Shown piece after piece: positions 52,285 to 64,000 of a DNA stretch of 64,000 nt. The notes under the pieces were generated by a model. The model saw nothing but the letters and a program-made list of their open reading frames with translations. It searched no databases and was not told where the DNA came from. The first letter of the stretch is position 1. The number at the start of each line of letters is the position of its first letter. This stretch comes from Okamejei kenojei (lineage: Eukaryota). The translations under genes and the position numbers were made by a program. The stretch lies in NCBI GenBank assembly GCA_035221665.1, contig CM069158.1:22382001-22446000 (forward strand), written 5' to 3'.

Positions 52285-52750
52285 ATGTGCTGCAAAAAGC
52301 GACTTATTCCACTTGCGTAGCTTACAACCCAATGACATGAACAAAGACCTCCAGTTTTAGGTTTCTACAAAACCCCCTCTCCCTTTTTCCCCCTAACTCC
52401 CAACCTTCCTACACCTACCCTACTGTGCCCTAACTGGACTAGCACCTGCTTCACCCCTTCCCTCTCACCTACATTCCTTCCTCTTGCTTCACAATTCGCA
52501 AATCTTCAATCCATTGGTTTCACACCTTCTGTCTTTTCGTCTCTGGACTTTGTCCACCATTTGCCTATCAACCCCCACCCGCCTTCACCACCACCTTTTG
52601 TCTATTTTGCCCTCCTACCGTCAACCCGAAGAAGGGTCCTGACCTGAAACGTCACCGATCCATGTTCTCCAGCGATGGTGCCCGACCCACTGAGTTACTG
52701 CAGAACTTTGTGACTTGTTTTGTAAATCGGCATCTGCAATTCCTCGTATC
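52285..52750 (+). mobile_element. Penelope-like element 3' fragment with degenerate hammerhead motif
   Basis: AGCTTACAACCCAATGACATGAAC (SLQPNDMN), pyrimidine-rich UTR, CCGAAGAAGGGTCCTGACCTGAAACGTCACC and the shared tail CATGTTCTCCAG…GAGTTACT…GCATCTGCA. Confidence 0.75.
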
Positions 52751-52937
52751 CCTGGGTAGAGTAGATAAGAAGTGTGTACATCCTTTAGCTGCAAGGTAAA
52801 CCCATTGGCAAATTAGGTAACTAAATGAGATTAGTAGAGAGGTGATGACAAAGACTTCTTTCATTGTGAGTTGTTGCGTCAGAAATTAAATGTCGGTAAG
52901 GATGAGAGACACATTTTCATTGCACTTTAACCAGTAT

Positions 52938-53256
52938 GGCGGGGTGGCGCAGCTGGGAGAGCTGCTGCCCAGCAGCACCAGAGACACGGGTTCAATCCTG
53001 ACCACAGTGCTATCTGTGTACAGTTGGCACATTCTCCTTTTCACTCTGTGGGTCTCCTCCAGGTGCTCTGGTTTCCTCCTACATACCAAAGACATGCAGT
53101 TTTGTAGGTTAATTGGCTTCTGTAAATTGCCCCTAATGTGTAGGGATTGGAAACAAAAGTGGGATAAGATTGACCCAGTGTGAATTGGTGATTGACGGTC
53201 AGCAAGGACTTGGTGGGACCAAGGTGCCTGTATCCACGCTGTATCTTTCAATCAAA
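52938..53256 (+). mobile_element. tRNA-derived SINE (HE1/V-SINE-like)
   Basis: A box TGGCGCAGCTGG (52945-52956), B box GGTTCAATCC (52989-52998), V-domain-like GGTGCTCTGGTTTCCTCCTACATACCAAAGAC, and a 3' tail shared with the CR1-like LINEs. Confidence 0.85.
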
Positions 53257-53974
53257 CAGTATTTGTATGTTTATTTTTGTGTTGTGAACATGGTGAGATT
53301 CAGTGTGCAGTTCCCTCTGTTCAGGCTCACCCCTTGGGCCAAGCTCTTGGCTGTCAGTCCTGACGAATCCTTTGCCAGGTCAGCATTCATTTTTGCTCCC
53401 CTGATGCTCTTGGACCATTTAGTTCTGTCAAAGTTGTTTTAGAATTGCAAATTATTGTTGCTGTCACTACATAAAAGATTATCTCTTCAAAGTAAGAAGG
53501 CAAAAATTGCCCTTTACAAAATCAGGGTATCCAAGGACTCAAATGGAGAACATGGATAGGTGATGTTTCGCATCAGGACTCTCCTTCAGAATAATGGGTA
53601 CCAACTCAAAACATTCCCTATGTATGTTCTCCAGAGTTTAGGCTGAGTTACTCCAGCACTTTGTGTCCATTTGTGTAAACCAGCATCTGCAGTTCTTCGT
53701 TTCTACAGAAGAATATCTAGATGATCCTAATCTTCTCCCCTCCAACTATTCCTAACCAAGAACTTTGCAATCAACTTCTCACTGGCTGTGTCTTTGTCCA
53801 ACACACACCCTCCTCAGATCTGTGTCACAATCACGGATTCAGCGTTTGCATTCAGACCCCTTAACACCTAACATTGAGGCTCTGGTGCCAGAATTCTGTA
53901 ACACCAGAGTTTCCCTCTGGCAAAATCTCCCCAAAGTCAGCAAAGTGCCTGCTGTTCCTTGAAGGAAATTATTG

Positions 53975-54350
53975 TGCTCTAGGTTAGAAGGTTATGGATT
54001 TAAATTCCACTCCGGAGATCAAAAGTAATACTCCAATGCGGTGCTGAGGGAGCACTGCACTGTCCTTTAAGTGGACATTAAACAAATATCCTGTTTGCGT
54101 AGATGTACAAGCTCCCGTGTCATTCCTCACGAAACAAGTTGCTCAACTCCCCAAGGTCAATCTTTTTCCACGACTAGTGTCACTAAAACACCCTGATGGT
54201 TATTGTTGCATGCTTCTGGCAGCTTCCTGTGTGCAAGTTGGTTGCTTTGGTCTCTGCATGAGAACAGCTGACTTTATTACACAAGTGATGTATTTGTTTT
54301 GTGGAAGCCCAGGAGTTGTGAAATGTGTTGTCTCATTGCAAGTCTGTCTG
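53975..54350 (+). mobile_element. Old DeuSINE (SacSINE1-like) relic
   Basis: GTGCTGAGGGAGCACTGCACTGTC…TCACTAAAACA…TGTGTGCAAGTTGGTTGC…TGCAAGTCT, colinear with the 16.4-kb relic. Confidence 0.6.
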
Positions 54351-54699
54351 TCTTTGGGGCAGAAATGTGCTGCTTTCCAATTCTAACTGAACATTCAGAT
54401 GAACCTCTGCTTCATAAAAGCAGTTTTCAGAGAGTAGTTACTCTTACTGCTTTCTGTCAGGTGATAGTAGAGAGCTGAGAAAGATAGTTGAGAATCTTTC
54501 TATTCTTTATAAGTTATAATGTGCCTGAAGAAGCTGCAGCAAATACTCCCTCGATTCACCTCTACCGTGTTGAGGACAATGGACTTAGTCTGAGGAACTG
54601 ATGGGCAACAATGCTGAGAACTATATTCTCCACTCTGTATCTCCCCCTTTGCTCTATCTATTGTACTTGAGTGTGAACTGATTGTATCTCTGTGTGGTA

Positions 54700-54921
54700 T
54701 ATGGCAGTGGTCGATTTGCTGCCTTGCAGCCCCAGAGACCAGGATCAATCCCGGATACGGGTGCTGTCTATACGGAGTTTGTATGTTCTCCCGGTGACCT
54801 CGTGGGTTTTCCTTGGGTGCTCCGGTTTCTTCCCACATTTCAAAGACGTACAGGTTTGTCAGTTAATTAGCTTCGGTAAAGATTGTAAATTGTCCCAATT
54901 GTGTAGGATAGCGCTAGTGTA
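54700..54921 (+). mobile_element. 3'-truncated SINE, same family
   Basis: Colinear with the other copies through the V-domain-like segment. Confidence 0.8.
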
Positions 54922-55800
54922 GATTGGATAGGCCAGGACTTATTTTCTATGCATCGTAGGAGTTTGAGGAGTGACATTATTGAGAAGTGTAAGATCATGA
55001 GTGGCATGAATAAAGTGAATGCTCATTCATTTTTTCCCCAATTTCCTCATTTTTTACACTATTCTAAAAACAAGAGGACATGGGTTTAAGGTGAGAGGAG
55101 AGAGATTTAAGAGGATTTCACAGACAACCTTTTCACTTGGTGGTTAGTTCATATCTGGAATAGTCTATATCTGCCAGAGGAAGCTATAGAAGTAGATGTA
55201 GTTATGGCTTTGAAAAAACATTTGGGCAGAAGGGTTAGATGCCTTTGCACAAAATGCAGTCTAGTGCGACTAGCCAACTTGGTCAGCATGGACAAGATGG
55301 GCCAAAGGGTCTGTTTCCATGCTATTTAACTCTATGACTTTGTGACTTGCATGCTCTTGAACTCTTATTCCTCATTCAGTCATACTCTCCTCCAATAAAG
55401 AAACCTACGTAACTGTCAGAAGCTTCAAGGCAGCTGTACGAGATGGGACTGGGAGGAACATTTGCAAAAGCAAGTTATTTCCAAAATAGACTCAGCCCCT
55501 TGAAATTAGATTAGAAGTAGGCATTTATATCCGCCAGAAATCTGGTGCAGTGGATGTCTTTTAGATATTAGTTGCTCAAGATTTACTACGACTGAGAACA
55601 TGCAGAAGGACATTTCAACTCCTGAATTCTACCAGAAGATGAAATGTCCCCTTGTATCCTTCATTGTTCCATCAAATCCCTTTGTGTTCATCTAAACTCC
55701 AGCAGATCCCAGCAGGGACCATGCAACTATTCCTTATGAGACAACCCACCCGTTCTCTGAACCCATTTAAAAACATCCTTCCTTTATATAACCATGCATG

Positions 55801-56108
55801 GGGCGACACAGTGACGCAGCCTTAGAGCTAATGCCTTACAGTTCCAGAGAGCCAGGTTTGATCCTGACTACAGATGCTGTAAGTACGTAATTTGTACGAC
55901 CTCCCTGTGACCGCTTGGGTTTGCTCCGGGTGTTCCGATTTCCTCCCACACTTCAAAGACATGCAGATTTGTAGATTAATTGGCTTCGGCAAAATTTATA
56001 AATGATCCCTAGTGTGTAGGATTGTGCTAGTGTGTGGGGATCATTGCTGGTCGGTGCGGACTCAGTGGGTGGAAGGGCCTGTTTCTACGCTGCCTCACTA
56101 AAGTCTAA
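55801..56108 (+). mobile_element. tRNA-derived SINE, same family
   Basis: Colinear with the 52938-53256 copy; degenerate A and B boxes; GAAGGGCCTGTTTC tail. Confidence 0.85.
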
Positions 56109-57482
56109 TGTTCCAGATATGAGTCACCAATAACCTATATAGAATATTAATAGGTTCTCTGCAAGAAAAATAAGATACATACATTTGTGAAATATTCCAT
56201 AGGCGGGGGGATTGCGCCTTCCTTGCCGACAAACCACGATAGGGGGGGAGTTGCCATCCCTATTGCCCTCAGCAGCCACTCAGATCAACACAAAGGGGGG
56301 GGGGGGGGGCCATTGCTGTTCTGGTTGCCCCATGAAGGGGCAATTGAGCCCCCCCACCCAGTCTGTCAATCCTGAGTTACTGCTTGATAAGTAGCGCCAA
56401 ACACAGGTCAGTTACTGAACCTGGCTTCTGGCCAGATCTGTCTGCTCCTAGCTTGCCTGAACATCCCAGTCCCACCTCAGCCTCGGAAAGGTGAGACTGC
56501 AGACTCTGGAATCCCGAGTCACACACCGGCGTTGCCAGCGGACCAAGTGTCTCCCCGACTGCCTTTGGGCCAAAACCTCCACACGCTACTCCAACATCAC
56601 CCTGCTCCACCCTCACCCTCTTCTCCCCAACTCGGATCCTGTGCCTGATCCAGCTCAGACACCTGCCATGGCTTCATCTTGAGTAGCTGCAAATGAATAA
56701 CCTGCAAAACTACTTCAATCACTGGATAGATAGGGATGCTGTCTCTGCAAAGTTGTTGGCAGGGCAGGCAAGGAATTGTCAATGTGCTCTCCCAGACTAA
56801 CATCATAGCTCTGACCACACACAGTTGCCAGACCAGGTTGCCCTTGCATCTGATGCTAAATGCCTGTTGAGATTCCAAGAGGACAGAGAAAGCACTTCAA
56901 GGACATTTTGGAGACTTGCGAAAAGATGTTGCATCCTTCCCAACTCGTGAAGAAATATCCGTGATGGCACAGAGAACTCTTGAATCCATTGCCACAATTT
57001 AATAGAAGTCATGTCAAAGACTTATAGAGCTGCACAGGCAGGAAACAGGCCCTTCGGCCCACCTTGCCCATGCTGGCCAAGTTGGCATATTGGGCCTGTC
57101 CCACTATCTTTCATTTGGCCCATATCCCTCTAAACCCTACCTACCACATATCTGTCCAAATGTCTTTTAAAGTTGTAATTATATGCACTTCCATAGTTTC
57201 CCCTGGCATGTCCAAAATGCAGGTCTAGATATTTCAAGCACCTCCTACCCCAACTGTGCTTGAGCCTTGCAGTCCCACACTGGCATTAACAAAGTGGAGC
57301 AAGTCATCCATACCCCAGGAGCTCCTTGGGAATTAGCTGGGAAGCACAAGGACAGGATTCATGGGAATACCAACACTTGGTCTTCAGCTTCAGTTGCAAA
57401 GGACCCTTTGCATTGAGCAATGTCCCTGTGACTATCCAAACACTTTGAGAAAAGTTCACAGGCCAACAAACCAGGAAGGAAA

Positions 57483-57669
57483 AGGACACAAAGTGCAGGT
57501 CAGGCAGCATCTCTGGAGAACATGGATAGGTGACGTTTTGTGTCAGGATCTTTCTTCAGACTGATGACCCGAAACATCACCTATCCATGTTTTCCAGAGA
57601 TGCTGTCTGACCCTGCTGAGTTACTCCAGCACATTGTGCCTTTTTTTGTGAACCGGCATCTGCAGTTCC
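57483..57669. mobile_element. Head-to-head Penelope-derived element
   Basis: GGTCAGGCAGCATCTCTGGAGAACATGGATAGGTGA pairs with TCACCTATCCATGTTTTCCAGAGATGCTGTCTGACC (36 bp, 2 mismatches). Confidence 0.85.
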
Positions 57670-60600
57670 ATACGTCCACGTGAAGGGAAAGGCAGAACTT
57701 TTAAATGATTTTTTAACCACTTCGCCAATTAGAAAATAAAGATTCGGTACAACATGAACTCGGTTTCTCTTCCTACAGATAACCTTCCAGCGTTTTCCTG
57801 TTTTTTGTTCTAGTTGATATTTTAGTTTTGGCCTTAATCTTATATTTGTGTTCTATTTTTTAGATTTTGTTATTATCACAAACAACCTTTCCAAAGTTTT
57901 ATTTTAAATATCACGAGATTTAATATTGAGGAATTGTATAACCCAAATGCCTAAATTAGTGTTTTATGAGATTTTGTTCCACAATAGTTACGACTTAAAA
58001 TGGCATTAAACACTCATCGAGTGTTTAATTGTCATTTGTGCCAACAATGGACTTCTTACTTGGGTCCGAAAATGCAATAACACACCACTACATACAAAAA
58101 TAAACAAGTACAAATTATAACCGTAATAATAGGTAACAAAGTCCATAGAGTTGAAAAAATAATATACTAGAGGGCATAGCAATTTGGGCGGTGTATGTGT
58201 GGTGGAGGGAGGCAGATACGATAGTGGTATTTTGGATAGGCTTATGGATATGCAGGGTATGGAGCGATATAGATCAGGCTCAGGTAGATATGTGATGATC
58301 TTGGCACCATGTTCGGCTGAGACATTGTTGGCCGGAAGGCCTGTTTTTGTGCTGAACTGTTCTATGAAAGTTGCTGAGGTTCGTGTTGTGTATTGTTCAA
58401 GAGCCTGATAGTTCAGAGAAGAATCTGTTATTGAAGCCGGTAGAATGTGAGTTGATGCATAAATTAACAGTGGATATCACAATTGCATCCATCTGAAATT
58501 TTCATCAGTTCGACATCATCCACGGTTGGCCAGTAGAACCGACTGAGGATGAGGGCTGAATGGCCACTGACGGCAACTTTGGGCTTTCTAAATCCTGCAT
58601 CTTGTGCATTGAGACCCAGACTGGGGACCAGGCAGGGGGGCGCCTGCTGTCACATGCTGCGGCAGGCAGATGATCGGAATGTTCGGTGAACTCTTGTAAC
58701 TTCGTCTGCACCAAAACGTGGCAACGCTTGGGGACTGCCCAGGTGAGGTCCTCTATACGATTTTTACCGGGTTGTTTGCAAAATAAAGACATTCGCCGTA
58801 CCTAGATACATGTGACAATAAACTATCATTGACACGGGTACAGTGAGCTGCACACTGTAATGGCGGTGAACACTGGCAGTCCTGTCAGCTCTGCAATCGC
58901 ACTCACTGCATCAATAAGTGTGAGAAAAAGAGAGTAGGGGAAGGGGAACAGGAGGGAGAAAGAACGATGAGGTGGGAGAGGGGGCGAGAGAGAGTGAGCT
59001 GCAGGGTGGCTGGAAAACAGGTGTGAAAATGTTAAAAGGATTTACTCCATGGCAGTAGCTATTCATATGCTAATCTAGCATACAAAACAATTCAGCTCTG
59101 GAGTGGGAGCTACAAAGAGTTAGCATGCTTTCATATTCATTTCAAGTTTCTTCTGTCTGGAACTAAAATCTCCCTTTCACCAAGGTAAAAATCCCTCTGC
59201 ATTATATTCAGGTTCGATTATATTTTTAACTGATTCAAAATTAAATTGTAAAGAGATGTTGTAAAAGCAGACAGCTGCTTGAGTGTCTGAAATAAGAAAG
59301 GGTCTCTGTTTAATCAAAGCATGCAAGAGCTGCTTCACAGCTATTGTAGTCATGACTCACTGATTGGAACAAAACAACCCACCCTCAACACTATATTACC
59401 ACGACCCGTCACAATACGCCTTGATTGACGAGAGCTTGTGGTCTTATCTTTCCAACTCTAACACCAATCTCCTTGGCCTTATCCTCGGATGCTGTTTGGT
59501 GTGGGATTTGCACTGTTCCCGATGTCCGCACATGTCGCAATGGAGATTTTCTCTCCAGATTTTCTCCCACATCCCAAAGACTTGCAAGATTATAGGTTGT
59601 TTAGATAACTGCATGATGTGGAAACCTCGGAGGTAGGGACAAAGCCTGGCGAGAAAACTCAGCGGTAGTCGCAGCAGCATTATGGAGCGAACGGAAATAA
59701 AAAATAAACTTCAGGCCGAACTTTACAATAAGATAGGATATAGGTTAACTTGCCTACTGTACAAATTGCCCCTAGTGTGCAGGTGGTGCTGAATTGAAAG
59801 TGGATGACATTAAATTAGTGTGTGAATGGGTGATCGATAGTGGGCAGCTATCAGTGGGCTAAAGGGGCATATCCATGCTATTCAACACGCCTTTCATTCC
59901 AATCAATAAATCAATCAATTATTCAATTATTTGTGCCTCCATAATCTTTGATTTTTCCAAAAGTCCAGGGACTGATTATTCCTCTCTCCTTTCTGACCAT
60001 GAATCCCGGTGACGGAGACGCTCCGCACCCCTGGGGGGAGAATTAGATTCACAAACCCATTGGGTGAAACAGTTTCTCCACAGCTCGCCCCAAATGGCAG
60101 CATGCATCATGCTTCCAGGTACTCAGCTCGTGAACTGGTCCCCCCCGTGCCCCCATCTTGACTTTGGTAGTATGTTCAATTATATCTCTCCTCCTATCGT
60201 TCAGTCCGAAAAACACTGAGTCCCAGCGGTTGGCTGATGGACCTACCACCCAGGGAATGATTCTGTGATTCATTGCTGCATTCCTGTTGGCTACGAGACA
60301 CTCCAGATTTCTGATAAAGGACCATTGTGCTCAGTTTTCCAGCTGCAGTTTCACCGGCTACATACATAATGGCCACAAGACAACTCCTCAGGTAAATAAA
60401 AGGCCATGCACTGTTCGGGTCCCAAATCCCCAGTAACAGTGCACGCATTAGCTTTAGTTAGGGTGGTGTGCCAAAAAGATACAGAGATATCAAAACACCA
60501 AGAACATACATAAAAATGGTGCAGGTGAGGCAGGATTAGCATTCGGCCCTTCGAGCCTGCACCGCATCAATATGAACATCATGGCTGATCATCTGAACTC

Positions 60601-62049
60601 AATATCCTGTACCTGCCTTCTCCTCTCATACCTGATTTAGAGCCACAAGGGCCACTCAACATCTAACTCCCTCTTAAAATATAGCCGATAAACTGGCCAC
60701 AACTACCTACTGTGTCAGAGAATTCAGCGATACAACTCTCTGTGTGAAAAAATGTTCTTATATCGTCCTACGGATTTCCCCTTATAAACCTTGAGAACTC
60801 TATAGAGGCAAGATCTATATATCACTAAAAAAATTACTCTGTTTTTTCTGTTTTATATATTCGCCAATGGTGGTCATCTCTGCCATTTTGTCTGCAATCA
60901 ATTCCCTGAGATGTTGTTGCCCCGCTGATTATACCCTTTGTAACCTCATCATTGCTCAACATTCCCACACTGATCAGGCACAACAAAACACAGAGATGTG
61001 GCACGGCTCATTTGGCCAAGTGTAGATGGGGGATGGGTGGTGACAGACGATATCAATCAATTTTTTTTTTCAATCGCGACTGGTCTGAGACAACCCCATT
61101 CCCAGTCTTGGTTATCCCGTTATTCAATTCTCATCTCTGCACAGTTATTTAATCCCCAATTCCACAATAAGTCTAAACCCTCGTTTGAACTTCTCTGAGG
61201 GACATCCAAGTCAACAACCCGCACCAACTCAAATCCACTCTTCCAGATCACTCACAAAGAACTGTTGTGAATCCCCAAATGGAGTTTACTTATCTTGAAT
61301 CCGCGTGTAGAGCTGTCTGGCAGTTTGCTGCACTACCTTAGATAAATGTGGAGATTTATCGAGTGCTTTTTGTTTTCCTCACACATCCAAAAAATTGTGC
61401 GGTACAGGGTTAATTTCTCCTACTGTGTCGGAAAGGGTAAGAATCCTGTGGCGAGTTAGTTGGAATATGACCGAAACGTGTTGTTAATGATAAGTAAGGT
61501 ACTCAACTGTTGCCATGGACACAGTGGGATGAAGGACCTTGACGACACTATGACTCCATGTTATTAATTGAGACAATGCTGGCAGAAAGTTGTGGTGTTG
61601 GCAGCGTGGCAGACCAACAATTATAATTTCATAAAGGATGGGACCACTTGGAGGGGAATAAAAAAGTCGTTTATTTCCCGAATATACAATTATGGCGAAG
61701 TACAAGATCTTGCTTGTATCAGCATTACAGGGACATAGACAAAACATAAATTATACATAAATTACACAAATGCTGCAAGACAGTGAAATGAAAAAGACAG
61801 TGAAACGCAAGGTATTGGTGCAAAACATAACTAGAAAACAAATGCCATGGTTGTGCAGGAGATGGTCCACAGTGTCACATTGCTTAGGATTAGGGTTGTG
61901 CAAGTTGGCTCCAAAAATTGTAGGAACGTTTCTGTTCCTGAACCTGGTGCATCTACGCCAAGTGCCCAGTGTAGACAGTGTACCTATTGGTGGTGGTTTC
62001 TCCAGTACCTGCTGCCCTTGTCCTCCTTGGTGACAGGGATTGAGTGTTA

Positions 62050-62223
62050 AGGGCCTGCCCCACGAGGCGTGCGTCGTGACGCGCATGTGATGCATGCATG
62101 GTACGCATTTCGTGCACATGGTGATGTTGGCAGTCACACGCGGCGCCCCTGGATTTTGGGATGTACAAAATCTTCACTCGCCATCTGCGTAACGCACAAA
62201 TGACGCAAAGTGGGACAGGCCTC
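62050..62223. mobile_element. Second Harbinger-type MITE (same TIR family, different interior)
   Basis: Ends AGGGCCTGCCCCAC / GTGGGACAGGCCTC; TTA on the left, imperfect T(A/T)A-type site on the right. Confidence 0.75.
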
Positions 62224-63400
62224 TAAGTGAGTTGCTGTCGGAGGTGCCTGGACAAGTAACTGCACTGCATTTTGTCCGTTGATGTGTAACGTGGATGGGG
62301 CACTGGTTAAAGTATTTCACCATGGATCCCATTATGTCCACCGGCAGATCCTAAATAGTTAATGCTATTGAAACAAAGGGTTACTCGTTTTATTGGAATT
62401 GCTTTCTGATAACGTGTCCCCCCCCCCCCTCCCCTACCCCATCAGCGTTACGGTTTCGAAACTTTTAACCAGTACTATTTAATTCTTAATAAAACAAACT
62501 GTTTTTTAATCAGTCGCTCTGGCAACACAGATTGGGAGGAAGTGCTTCAGAGAGCGAAGGATTTTGCGGCAGCCTTGTTTTAGCACCAAGTTTTGTTGTG
62601 TTCTCTGACAAATGCTTTTCCTGTTTCCTTGGATTTTTCTTTCAATATCCAGGGCTCGTCGGAGACCAAAGACCAGAGATTAGTTTTCAAAAAGGGGACG
62701 GGAGCTAATATTGCAGACATAAAAACTCATTATAATTAATAACATTAACTGAGAGGATCCATGAATCCATGCCAATATACGGGCGTGTGATTTTACCCTT
62801 TTTAACGAGCCCTTGTTGTGTGAACCAATAACAGCTACAGTGTAATGATTGAGTTCCCTTTGAAAGGCGAGCAGCTTTCAGTTGTTTTGCATTGAAAGAA
62901 GTATGCGAGGTGTTGATTTTTTTTTTTTTTTGTGCTTCTGTTTGTTCTAATTAATCCATTTGTCTTTTGTGGATGAGTGATGCAGTTAAAAGGGGGGGGG
63001 GAATGCAGATTGAGTGCGCGATGGGGTGAGTGTAGCAGGGGAGACTCTGTGCCAGACGCTCGGATAATGATGTGATTGTATTTCTGCTCTATGAATAGGA
63101 GTGGGTGAGCTCAAATGGGGGAAAGTGGTCTGTTGGTGCTTCAGTTTAACGAACGGGTGGGCTGTGAATAGGAATCCACCGTTTTCCCACGCCCAGAAGA
63201 CTGAGGAGCCAGTGGTGGGGTCAGGCGGACATCACCGCCCTGGACACCTAATTCTTATTGTGTCCAAACACACTCAGTCAGGGCCCTAGAAATCCCACAT
63301 TCTGTGTGGCACATGTGTACACCACAATATATACACAGTGATTATTCCAGCTCTCCTAAAACACAAGGCTCCATCTGCGCCCAGGACAAGAATAATTCTC

Positions 63401-63408
63401 TGACGTCA
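63401..63408. promoter_or_regulatory. Palindromic CRE (CREB/ATF) motif
   Basis: Exact TGACGTCA next to a CT/CA repeat and a CpG-rich patch; function is inferred only. Confidence 0.4.
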
Positions 63409-64000
63409 CTCTCTCTCTCTCACACACAACACACACACACACACACACACCACACATCACACACACAAACACACACACACACACCACACACACACCGTCT
63501 GCCATCCAGTCCTGAGCAGCCTAATCTGCGCCGGTAATCGTGGCGCTTTCGGTGGCGTTGCTTTTTCTCGGGGCTTCTCCACTAATTATGACTTTACCGT
63601 CACCCCCCTCCCCCCCTGCAGCCCCTTGCTCCACCCTCCTGCCTGTACACCCCCCCACCCCCCCCCCTCCCTTCCACTTCCCTTCCTAAAGGTTGTCTTG
63701 ATTTGTTAGGGCAATCACCACATGCGGGGCACCCACCCCATTCTTACCAAACCCGCCTCCCGTTTCCTCCGAAACCTATGGACTGCTCTCCTCCACTAGG
63801 CAAGTTGGAACACAGATGGGAAATGCATAAAGAACGATTCTTTGTGGGGGTAAGGTGGGATAAAGAGAACAAGCGTTTTGCTAACTGTCAGGCACACCTA
63901 GGCGGGCCCTCTCGGACTGCTCAGTGACAAAAATCTACTCCCCTCCATCTGAATCGGTTCAATTGCCAGTACTCCACAGATCTGCAGTGAGAATTCCCAG

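Noticed and set aside
52938-53005. tRNA gene
   Set aside because: The A and B boxes belong to a SINE head that runs into SINE body and tail; no acceptor stem or terminator.
62666-62673. miR-9 seed match (ACCAAAGA) as an autoregulatory site
   Set aside because: One or two 8-mer matches are expected by chance in 64 kb, and there is no evidence the site is exonic.

Overview
Vertebrate, non-protein-coding genomic DNA. The repeat repertoire (HE1/V-SINE-like tRNA SINEs, SacSINE1/DeuSINE-like relics, CR1-like and Rex/Babar-like LINEs, Penelope-like elements) points to a cartilaginous fish, probably a skate or ray (inference). The only host gene I can identify is a microRNA-9 hairpin on the + strand (mature miR-9-5p 41120-41142, exact match) inside a CpG island; its 3p arm is a variant (…ACCGAAUGU) that suggests the non-mammalian fourth paralogue. 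No host protein-coding exon is recognisable; the ORF-track proteins are either transposon fragments or spurious. Other notable content: a full-length Passport-like Tc1 transposon (46500-48127) with two fold-back insertions, two Harbinger-type MITEs, about 15 Penelope-derived fragments carrying minimal hammerhead-ribozyme motifs (four as head-to-head palindromes), a CpG-retaining domain over roughly the first 30 kb versus a CpG-depleted, TE-dense right half, candidate SOX/POU enhancers, and two assembly gaps. I found no convincing wholly new system; the ribozyme palindromes and the miR-9 variant are the best leads. LINE/SINE boundaries are approximate.
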